Translations under genes and position numbers: made by a program
Part shown: positions 15,718 through 23,275 of the stretch, piece by piece
Numbering within the stretch: the first letter of the stretch is position 1
Layout of the letters: each line of letters opens with the position of its first letter
Notes under the pieces: model-generated
Database searches by the model: none
What the model was told of the DNA's origin: nothing
Seen by the model: only the letters and a program-made list of their open reading frames with translations
Source: Sulfolobus sp. S-194
GTDB lineage: Archaea > Thermoproteota > Thermoprotei_A > Sulfolobales > Sulfolobaceae
DNA length: 24,000 nt
Assembly: GCF_012222305.1 (NCBI RefSeq)
Contig: NZ_CP035730.1
Span: 2,606,945 to 2,630,944, forward strand
Direction of reading: 5' to 3'

Positions 15718-16902
15718 TCATCTCCCTATCTCTGTAAAAACCCTTCCGCTTCTTTCTGTTTTAACCCATATTCTGGGTCTTCTAGTAATTTCTAAGAGCA
15801 AAGCCGTTATATTAAGTAAAACTATGAAATTCATGTATATTAGTGATAGTATTGAGTATGGAAATTCAATTAAGTGCCTCTTTGAAATAGCTAAAGCGGT
15901 GATGAAGCTTACAAATGAGGCAGCAGATACAAACACTGTTGCAACTATAAATAGAGAGGTCGGATAAATTAGAATTAGGGAATAATTAACCAGGTTTAAT
16001 ACCATGAAGATAGGAGTTAAAACTATAAGAGCACCATCTATTATTCTTAGATCTATCTTACTTCCCCTTAATTTTAGATTAACCTCAAAGTGTCCCCTGT
16101 ACCATCTTAATCTCTGTTTTATTAGCCATCTTAAACTTATTGGTACCTCTCTCCATGCCATAATAGAGGGTACATAAACTATCTTATAGCCTTTTGACAC
16201 TAATCTAATGCTTAGGTCTAAATCTTCAGTCAGACTGTATTCATTCCACTCTCCTACTTCTTGTACGACTGATTTTCTTATAAATGTGCAAGTTCCTTCA
16301 AGTGGTACAAATAATCCTAATCTTGCTCTTCCGGCTATAGAATACTCGTAATATAACTCTTCAAGACTAGCAAATCGAGTAATTATATTTTCTCTAACGT
16401 TAATAGGTATCAACTTTCCTTGTACTCCAGCTACTTGTGGGTCACTAAACACTGAAGAAGCGTAACTTAGTACATCTAATCTTGGAACAGTATCAGCGTC
16501 AAATATTCCAATGATCTCATGCTTAGCTACTTTCATGGCATAATTTAGAGCCCTACTTTTACCGTTTGGAACATTTGATGGAGTTAATTTTACACAATGA
16601 ACTAGATTATCATAAAGGTTTTCGTATTGCTTGCAAACTTGATACGTGTTATCTGTTGAACCATCTTCAACAACAATTATTTCATATTTTGATTTATCAT
16701 ATTCTTGGTTTACCATCCTATCTAATAGTCTCCCCAGTACTTTCTCTTCGTTTTTAGCCGGTATAATTATAGAAAAAGTTTTATCTGAGAAATCTTTGGT
16801 TTCAATTTTATTCCATGTGATCCCATAAATTGCCAAAAATGAGTTGTAAACACTCCAGGATGATACTAAAATACTTATGAATGCTATTATTTCATCTAAC
16901 AT
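15718..16902 (-). CDS. Membrane-embedded family-2 glycosyltransferase with a processive-synthase signature (D, DxD, TED, QxxRW)
   Basis: This is a track ORF. It has an N-terminal TM helix, then IIIPAKNEE, VVEDGSTDNT, FDADT, LTEDLDLS and QRLRWYRG, followed by 3-4 C-terminal TM helices. A TATA-like TTTAAAAAA lies about 20-30 nt upstream. Confidence 0.8.
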   Translation of the reverse strand: MLDEIIAFISILVSSWSVYNSFLAIYGITWNKIETKDFSDKTFSIIIPAKNEEKVLGRLLDRMVNQEYDKSKYEIIVVEDGSTDNTYQVCKQYENLYDNLVHCVKLTPSNVPNGKSRALNYAMKVAKHEIIGIFDADTVPRLDVLSYASSVFSDPQVAGVQGKLIPINVRENIITRFASLEELYYEYSIAGRARLGLFVPLEGTCTFIRKSVVQEVGEWNEYSLTEDLDLSIRLVSKGYKIVYVPSIMAWREVPISLRWLIKQRLRWYRGHFEVNLKLRGSKIDLRIIDGALIVLTPIFMVLNLVNYSLILIYPTSLFIVATVFVSAASFVSFITALAISKRHLIEFPYSILSLIYMNFIVLLNITALLLEITRRPRIWVKTERSGRVFTEIGR

Positions 16903-16947
16903 TATGTAAAAATAGATACTCTTTTTTAAATTTCTTTTCTAAAGAGA

Positions 16948-18084
16948 TTAAACTCTATCCCACGCTGATTTTAATATTTTAACCCCTTTTTTAATTTCGT
17001 CCTCAGTAGCAACGGATATACTTAGTCTAGCCATAGTATCTCCTCCCCTTAAAAAGAAAGGCTTGGCTGGAACAAAGCTTAAGCCCATTTTTATTGCCTC
17101 ATTGAAGACTTTCCAACTGTCTTTCTTTAGATTAAGAAGTAAGAAAAATCCACAAGACGGTTTGTTAAAATCAGTAAAACCGGCATCTAATAGAGAGTCT
17201 GTTAAAATTTTCATCTTATTAGCATAATGCTTGTAGAGATAATTCATTCTTTCCTTTACTATTCCCTTTTTTAACAATCTAGCTACTACATACTGATTTA
17301 TTGTTGAAGTAGAGAAATCCATTTGTTCGATAAGAGATATTTTTTCTGCAATTTCTTCATTTGCTAGTATAAAGCCTATTCTTAATCCTGGCACAATAAT
17401 CTTGCTAAAGGAACTTATGTAAATCACCCTTCCACTTTTATCAAAGTATTTTATAGGTTTAGGAGTCTCTCCAGCTATAGGCTTATATGGATCATCTTCT
17501 AATATGTAGAAATTGTAATTATCTGCAAGTTCAATCAACCTTTTCCTTCTATCTTCACATAAATTAACTCCCGCTGGATTATGGCAATTAGGTATTACAT
17601 AAAGTAATTTGATTTTTACAATTTTTAGTAATGTCTCTAATTCATCAACAATAATTCCTTTTGAATCAAGACCTATAGGAAGAATAACATTACTTCTTAA
17701 CTTTAATGGTGTAAAAGTTTCTATGAATGTAGGATTTTCAACGGCTATAGTATCATTTTCTAGAAAATATTTGGATAAAAGCTCAATCGCGTGTTGAGCA
17801 CCACTTGTGACTACAACTCTGTTTCCATTTAAAGTTAAATTAAGACTAGGTACATAGTTCTCTATTTCCTTTATAAGTTCCTCTTGTCCTCCTGCACCAG
17901 GATAAAAAAATACTTTGCTACCATATTCTTCAATAATCTCGTTATAAGCTTCTTTTATTTCTTTAATAGGCATAACTTTAGGATCTGGAGTGCCACTGGC
18001 AAGATTTATTTCGACCTTTTTTGCAACTTGTGAGGCTAATTCTACTGGAGAAATTTCTATTTCCCTGCCTATCCGGGAGACCAT
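16948..18084 (-). CDS. PLP-dependent aminotransferase, class I/II (AspC/2-aminoadipate transaminase-like)
   Basis: This is a track ORF. The motifs NCHNPAGV and SSFSKIIVPGLRIGF (PLP lysine) are present. The start overlaps the upstream OCD-family gene by 16 nt. Confidence 0.8.
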   Translation of the reverse strand: MVSRIGREIEISPVELASQVAKKVEINLASGTPDPKVMPIKEIKEAYNEIIEEYGSKVFFYPGAGGQEELIKEIENYVPSLNLTLNGNRVVVTSGAQHAIELLSKYFLENDTIAVENPTFIETFTPLKLRSNVILPIGLDSKGIIVDELETLLKIVKIKLLYVIPNCHNPAGVNLCEDRRKRLIELADNYNFYILEDDPYKPIAGETPKPIKYFDKSGRVIYISSFSKIIVPGLRIGFILANEEIAEKISLIEQMDFSTSTINQYVVARLLKKGIVKERMNYLYKHYANKMKILTDSLLDAGFTDFNKPSCGFFLLLNLKKDSWKVFNEAIKMGLSFVPAKPFFLRGGDTMARLSISVATEDEIKKGVKILKSAWDRV

Positions 18085-19016
18085 TTTCCTCTTATATCAA
18101 TCTCACTTCCTATCCCATATTTCTTTGCTTTCTCATAAAGTAACTTGAGTATTGCTACATCTTCAAGTCCTATCCCCATGGATTTGAAAACTGTTATCTC
18201 ATCTTCATTATTCCTTCTTACCTTTCCAGCAATAATTTCAGAGATAGGCTTTACTTTATTCCAATCTAACATATTCATCTTTTCAGCCATTATTAAATCG
18301 CCAGCTTCTTCCTTAGCCTGCTCTAAATCTTCAACCGCTATAATTGATGCGTTTTTTAAAACCTCTGGATATAATTCAACTCTTTCAGGCAAGTTAGAGC
18401 CTAAAGCATTTATATGTGTTCCTTTATTTAAGAACTCGTACTTAATAAAAGGATCTTTTGAGTTTGTGATCGTTACTATGACATCAGCATTGCAAACATC
18501 CTTGTAATCTTTTGCTTTTTCTATTTTTATTCCTTCTTGGATAATTTTCCGAGCATCTTCTTCTAGTTTTTCTTTGCTAAAAACTTTTATTTTTACTCCT
18601 GGCTTTAATTCATAATAAGCTTTCACTTGGTATTTTCCTTGTTTTCCAAGGCCAATAATTCCCACAACAGAATAGTTAGATTTTGCAAGAAAATCTGAGG
18701 CCAATACTGAAATTGCTCCAGTCCTAATTCTCGTTATTAGATCTGACTCAGCTAAAAGTAATGGTTCTCCACTATCATCAAAAAGCATCGAGAAAAAAGT
18801 ACCCTTAATAAATACTTTAAATCCTAAGTAGTGATCTAATCCTCCGGCCTGATAAGTTAAAACACTTCCATGAAATGAAGTTCTTACTCTTTTTGTATTA
18901 GTAGCTAGCTTTTGATAAAGTAGTATAAAAGAGTCTTTTAATGTCTCATATGCATCTTTGAAATTTAATACTTTCAGCACTTCATTTTCCCTTAATAGAA
19001 GCACCAATGTTATCAC
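18069..19016 (-). CDS. Ornithine cyclodeaminase / mu-crystallin family NAD(P)-dependent enzyme
   Basis: This is a track ORF. It has the Rossmann motif VGIIGLGKQGKYQV. The length (315 aa) and the N-terminal pattern ENEVLKVLNFKDAYETLKDSF are typical of the OCD/mu-crystallin family. Confidence 0.75.
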   Translation of the reverse strand: MITLVLLLRENEVLKVLNFKDAYETLKDSFILLYQKLATNTKRVRTSFHGSVLTYQAGGLDHYLGFKVFIKGTFFSMLFDDSGEPLLLAESDLITRIRTGAISVLASDFLAKSNYSVVGIIGLGKQGKYQVKAYYELKPGVKIKVFSKEKLEEDARKIIQEGIKIEKAKDYKDVCNADVIVTITNSKDPFIKYEFLNKGTHINALGSNLPERVELYPEVLKNASIIAVEDLEQAKEEAGDLIMAEKMNMLDWNKVKPISEIIAGKVRRNNEDEITVFKSMGIGLEDVAILKLLYEKAKKYGIGSEIDIRGKWSPG

Positions 19017-19068
19017 TATCTCTTATGCCCTAGAGTTTAAAAGCAAATATTTACATAAGCTAAAGAAT

Positions 19069-19383
19069 ATGGAGCTGACACCACGTCTTCAAGATATAAT
19101 TTCTATTTTAAAAGAAAAGAAAGAAATTAATATAAAAGACCTTGCATTAGAATTGAAAATCTCTCCTAAAACAGCAAAGGGTTATGCCAGAGAACTTTAT
19201 CGTTTAGGGTTCGTGGAATTAGATAATGATAATATTAAACTGAAGAACTCTCAACCAGTCTCAAGCGATGAGTTAAAGAAAATATTAGATGCTCATGAGG
19301 CCGAGATTGCGAATTTGAAAAAAGAAATAGAATTATTAAAGGAAGAATTAGCTAAAATCAAGAAATCAAGAAGTAAAGCCTAA
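19069..19383 (+). CDS. Small winged-helix DNA-binding protein with a C-terminal coiled coil, putative transcription regulator
   Basis: The track ORF is 18958..19383. I prefer the in-frame ATG at 19069 (MELTPRLQDIISILKEKKEINIKDLALELKISPKTAKGYARELYRLGFVEL). The longer form would overlap the divergent OCD gene, and a TATA-like gtttaaaag lies about 26-34 nt upstream of 19069. The C-terminus EIANLKKEIELLKEELAKIKK is heptad-like. Confidence 0.6.
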   Translation: MELTPRLQDIISILKEKKEINIKDLALELKISPKTAKGYARELYRLGFVELDNDNIKLKNSQPVSSDELKKILDAHEAEIANLKKEIELLKEELAKIKKSRSKA

Positions 19384-20073
19384 TGATAACTTTAAAACAT
19401 ATACAAACCAACTGAGAATTTTTTCACTTCCTAACTTACTTTTCCCCTTACTTCTATCCCTAAAAGTTATAGGCACTTCAACTATCCTTAGCCCAGCCCT
19501 CTTAACTTTATATACTGCACATATCTGAAACTCGTACCCATCTGCGTTTTTACAATTTTTAACTACTTCGATAGCACCTTTAGAATAAACCCTATACCCC
19601 GAAGTATTATCCTTAACATTGATTCTAAGTAAAGTTCTAGCTAACATATTTGCCCCTTTACTAATAATTCTTCTCTTTAAGGGCCAGTTTTCAATTTTTC
19701 CACCTTCTACATATCTAGAACCTATAACTAAATCAGCCTTTTTCGCTTCTTCAAACATTCTTGGCAAATAGATAGGATCATGACTTAAGTCAGCATCCAT
19801 AGTTGCTAAGTATTCAAACCCTAATTCTAATCCTTTAAGTAGCCCGAACCTTAATGCACTTCCAAGACCCTTCTCACCTTTTCTTACAAAAACTATAGCA
19901 TCCAACTTTCTAGCTGTTTCTGCGGTACTATCTTCACTATCATCATCTACTATAATGATTTTTGCGTCTGGTAGATACTTCCTAATTCGTGGTATGAGTT
20001 CTTTTATATTTTCCGCCTCATTATACGTTGGAACTAGAACCCCTCTCATTGCACATTTCCCATATTTCGTCAT
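19366..20073 (-). CDS. GT2 polyprenol/dolichol-phosphate mannosyl(glycosyl)transferase, DPM1-like
   Basis: This is a track ORF. The motifs VLVPTYNEAENI, IIIVDDDSEDST and ATMDADLSHDP are present, and there is no C-terminal TM bundle. The alternative start is the ATG at 20049 (MRGVLVP...). The 3' end overlaps the convergent wHTH gene by 18 nt. Confidence 0.85.
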   Translation of the reverse strand: MTKYGKCAMRGVLVPTYNEAENIKELIPRIRKYLPDAKIIIVDDDSEDSTAETARKLDAIVFVRKGEKGLGSALRFGLLKGLELGFEYLATMDADLSHDPIYLPRMFEEAKKADLVIGSRYVEGGKIENWPLKRRIISKGANMLARTLLRINVKDNTSGYRVYSKGAIEVVKNCKNADGYEFQICAVYKVKRAGLRIVEVPITFRDRSKGKSKLGSEKILSWFVYVLKLSLGFTS

Positions 20074-20500
20074 TAAGATAATGTAAATTTATTCCAAACT
20101 TTCCTTTTTTCTCACTTAAAGCTTTTTCTTTATCCATAATAACTTTTATAATTGCTATTGGAATATTTGTCTTAGTCTTTACTAAAACAATATCACCTTC
20201 TTTACAATTGCAGTTATATTCAACAATACCTGGTACAAAAAGATCAGCACCATTTACAATATGCTTTACTGCACCTTCGTCAACCGTTACAGAAGGAAGC
20301 TGTAAATTATATTTTCTTATAAAACAAAGTGTGGGAATTAGTTCTTCTGAAAAAAACGAGAGTAAACCATCAACAAAGTAGTATACTTGCTTTTTCTCCT
20401 TTCCAATTTCAATTTTTCCTTCAATTTCAATTCCGTATTTATTTTTTATTTCAGAGATTAGTTTTTTACTATCCTTTTCAGATAAAAAGTGCCTTTGCAT
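20021..20500 (-). CDS. PUA-domain RNA-binding protein (pre-PUA + PUA, MCT-1/Tma20/Nip7-like)
   Basis: This is a track ORF. The stretch VDEGAVKHIVNGADLFVPGI...GDIVLV...IAIIKV...HYLNDEIW fits the PUA pattern. The start ATG overlaps the stop of the upstream molybdoenzyme gene (TAATG). Confidence 0.65.
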   Translation of the reverse strand: MQRHFLSEKDSKKLISEIKNKYGIEIEGKIEIGKEKKQVYYFVDGLLSFFSEELIPTLCFIRKYNLQLPSVTVDEGAVKHIVNGADLFVPGIVEYNCNCKEGDIVLVKTKTNIPIAIIKVIMDKEKALSEKKGKFGINLHYLNDEIWEMCNERGSSSNV

Positions 20501-22620
20501 TAACTAACCAACTCCTCAAATTTAACTGGCATTTTAGTTATTCTCTTTTTAATACATTGTTCTACAGCATTTATTATTGTCGGTGTAGCCGCTATTGCAC
20601 CAGCTTCGCCAATCCCTTTGCTTCCCGTAGGATGAGTAGATTTTCCTAAAATCTCATAATACCAATCTATCTTCTCGGGTATTTCTACTGCTGTAGGGAT
20701 AGGATAATCTTGAAAATTAGTAGTCAACAATTGTCCATTTTCGTTAAAGAAAGCCTCCTCTAATAACGCTTGTGCCATCCCTTGTACAATACCGCCTATA
20801 GCTTGTCCTTCTGCAAGTAAAGGATTAATAACATTTCCTATATCATCTATTGCAACATATTTCTTTACAAATACCTTCCCTGATTCATCCACTTTTATTA
20901 GTGCTAGATGAACACCGTAGGGAGTAGTAGGAGGTTGTCTAACATTATAGATAGCTGTTACATCCAGACTTTCTCCTATCTTAAAAGCATTCTTTACGAT
21001 CTCGTTGAAAGTAACTTTATTACCGTTCTTCTTATGTGTGATATTTCCTTCTTTATATTCAACCTCCTCTTTGTCAGCATTTAGTATTTTAGCGCCAATT
21101 TCAATTAACTTATCCTTAAGCTTTTGAGAAGCCAATAAAACTGCAGAACCACCTATAGTTACAGTCCTACTCCCCCATGTTCCGATACCATCTTCAATTA
21201 TTTCTGTATCACCCCATCTAACCTCGATCTTTTCAATTGGTAACTCTAGTATGTCAGCTGCAATTTGAGCAAACGCAGTTGCATCTCCTTGACCATGAGG
21301 ACCAGTACCGGTCACTAACGTAATTTTGCCATCATATTTAACAGAAATTCTAGCAACTTCCCAAGGCCCAAAAGCAGTTATTTCAATATACGAAGAAACA
21401 CCAACACAGCCATCCTCTTTCTTTAGCTCATCATAATATTTCTTCCCAATTTCTAAAAGTTTCTTCACATTTCCAGAATCATAAGTAATACCAAAAATAT
21501 TGGTATATGGCAGTGTGTCAATAGCATTTTTCAACCTTATCTCATACTGATCTATTCCTAATTCATTTGCTACAATATTTACTATTCTCTCTATAAAGTA
21601 TATTCCTTCTGGCCTACCAGCACCTCTATATGATTGTGTAGGGGTTATATTTGTATTAACTGCAAAGGCATCAATATCAGCACCAATTATCTTATAAATA
21701 CCAGGTAACATCCTTATGGCGCTCTTAACGTTTCCAGATTCATCATCATTAGCATCTGGGTAAGGAGCTCCTAAGTTTGCTATCAAAGTTCCTCTTATTC
21801 CTAAAATTGTTCCATCTTTTTTAACAGCAACTTCAAACCTTAGTTTTTTATCCCTACCATGCCCAGCTGACATAAATTCTTCTGTTCTTGTAGGTACCCA
21901 TTTTAGTGGTTTCCTTAACATTATTGCTAGTTTAGCTAAAGCGTATTCCTCCGGGTGGGCAATAATTTTACTACCAAATGCACCTCCAACATCAGGTTGA
22001 ATTACCCTAATGTTTTCAAATCCGAGGAAGTCAACAAGATTTCTTCTCAAATAGTGAGCTGATTGTGTAGAAGAGTAAAATGTAAGCTTATTCCCATCAA
22101 AATAAGCCAAAGAACCTCTGGTCTCTAACGGTGAAGCTATTACCCTTTGGTTAACTAAGGTATCAGAAATTGTTAAATCAGCCTCGTTAAACGCTTTTTC
22201 TATATCTCCTCCTTTCCATCTCTCATGATAATATATATTTGAAGATAAACCACTATACACCTTCACTTTATCTTCTAATGCATTTTCTGGGTCTAAAACG
22301 TAGTTTAATTCTTCGTACTCTACTTCCACAGATTCAATTAGATCATAAGCCTCATACCTATCTTTTGCAATAACTATAGCTATTGGCTGTCCAACGTAAG
22401 TAGTTTCTTTAGTTGCCATGGGGAAATCTTTTCCAGGGTTTATATCTTCACCAGTAAATATTCCTTCTCCTTTTTTAACTTTAATCCTTGCATGAGGATA
22501 TTTGCTTCTTACGAATGCTACAAATAGTGTTCCTGGTATTTCAATATCATCAACGTATGTACCTTTTCCAGTAATAAGCCTTAAATCCTCAATCCTTTTT
22601 ATCGGCTTACCGATATACAT
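20500..22620 (-). CDS. Xanthine dehydrogenase/aldehyde oxidase-family molybdopterin-binding large subunit (CoxL/CutA-like, not form-I CO dehydrogenase)
   Basis: This is a track ORF of 706 aa. The N-terminus is MYIGKPIKRIEDLRLITGKGTYVDD, and the active-site loop region is QSYRGAGRPEG. No 2Fe-2S or FAD subunit gene is adjacent. Confidence 0.85.
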   Translation of the reverse strand: MYIGKPIKRIEDLRLITGKGTYVDDIEIPGTLFVAFVRSKYPHARIKVKKGEGIFTGEDINPGKDFPMATKETTYVGQPIAIVIAKDRYEAYDLIESVEVEYEELNYVLDPENALEDKVKVYSGLSSNIYYHERWKGGDIEKAFNEADLTISDTLVNQRVIASPLETRGSLAYFDGNKLTFYSSTQSAHYLRRNLVDFLGFENIRVIQPDVGGAFGSKIIAHPEEYALAKLAIMLRKPLKWVPTRTEEFMSAGHGRDKKLRFEVAVKKDGTILGIRGTLIANLGAPYPDANDDESGNVKSAIRMLPGIYKIIGADIDAFAVNTNITPTQSYRGAGRPEGIYFIERIVNIVANELGIDQYEIRLKNAIDTLPYTNIFGITYDSGNVKKLLEIGKKYYDELKKEDGCVGVSSYIEITAFGPWEVARISVKYDGKITLVTGTGPHGQGDATAFAQIAADILELPIEKIEVRWGDTEIIEDGIGTWGSRTVTIGGSAVLLASQKLKDKLIEIGAKILNADKEEVEYKEGNITHKKNGNKVTFNEIVKNAFKIGESLDVTAIYNVRQPPTTPYGVHLALIKVDESGKVFVKKYVAIDDIGNVINPLLAEGQAIGGIVQGMAQALLEEAFFNENGQLLTTNFQDYPIPTAVEIPEKIDWYYEILGKSTHPTGSKGIGEAGAIAATPTIINAVEQCIKKRITKMPVKFEELVS

Positions 22621-22640
22621 GAATTAAATTATACACGAGA

Positions 22641-22655
22641 ATTTTATAAATATTT
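22641..22655 (-). promoter_or_regulatory. TATA-like box upstream of the molybdoenzyme gene
   Basis: The plus-strand sequence attttataaatattt lies 21-35 nt upstream of the ATG at 22620, inside a 55-nt intergenic gap. Confidence 0.35.
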
Positions 22656-22675
22656 GTACAAGGAGAAAGTATTTG

Positions 22676-23188
22676 TTAAAAACTTAACATCTTAAGTCTC
22701 GTGTTTATAGTTGGATGGGAAGAGAATATACTAGACTCTACATCTCCATACTTTTTAATGACTAGTTTAAGTTCATCTCCAACTATAGAATATGCAAGTC
22801 TATCAGCCTGGATCTCTTGCCTTTTACTTACAAATTTTTGCAGTAAAAAGACCAAAATCAAGGAAATTAGTGAAAGTACAATATTGAACTGAAATAGAAA
22901 TAGTGAAAATATTAACCCCACAGCTACAAGTATTTTCATTTTTAGATAATGGTTAAGTACCATGTGTGACATTTCGTGAGCTAATATTGCCCTTTGTTCT
23001 GATTTATCTAGTCTTAGAAAACCCTTGGTTATTACTAAGTTCTTACCTATTATATACGCATTTATACTCTCATTATCATCGAGAAATACTTTTATTCCTT
23101 CTATAGTAAATAAAGATTTTAACCTCTTTAGCTGTATGCGATCTCCTATAAATACGAGAGGGAGTATGGCGAAAATAATTAAGTTCAC
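22676..23188 (-). CDS. Small membrane-bound M48-family (HtpX/Ste24-like) zinc metalloprotease
   Basis: This is a track ORF. It has HEMSHMVLNH (HExxH), a downstream EIQADRLA and SSHPTINTRL, with hydrophobic helices between them. Confidence 0.75.
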   Translation of the reverse strand: MNLIIFAILPLVFIGDRIQLKRLKSLFTIEGIKVFLDDNESINAYIIGKNLVITKGFLRLDKSEQRAILAHEMSHMVLNHYLKMKILVAVGLIFSLFLFQFNIVLSLISLILVFLLQKFVSKRQEIQADRLAYSIVGDELKLVIKKYGDVESSIFSSHPTINTRLKMLSF

Positions 23189-23275
23189 AATAACTATTAC
23201 GTGGAAATACTATATATCTCTTTTAGTTTCACCTAAGAAGAAAGAGATTTATTTTAGGCTCATTACTAACAACTT

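Noticed and set aside
16566-18507. Track + strand ORFs 16566..16757, 16646..16828, 17609..17797 and 18145..18507
   Set aside because: They are antisense to the GT2, aminotransferase and OCD-family genes. They have no independent support.
20500-22620. Annotating the molybdoenzyme as aerobic CO dehydrogenase (CoxL)
   Set aside because: The active-site loop reads YRGAGR rather than the Cys-containing form-I signature, and coxM/coxS-type genes are not adjacent. I kept the generic XDH-family large-subunit call.
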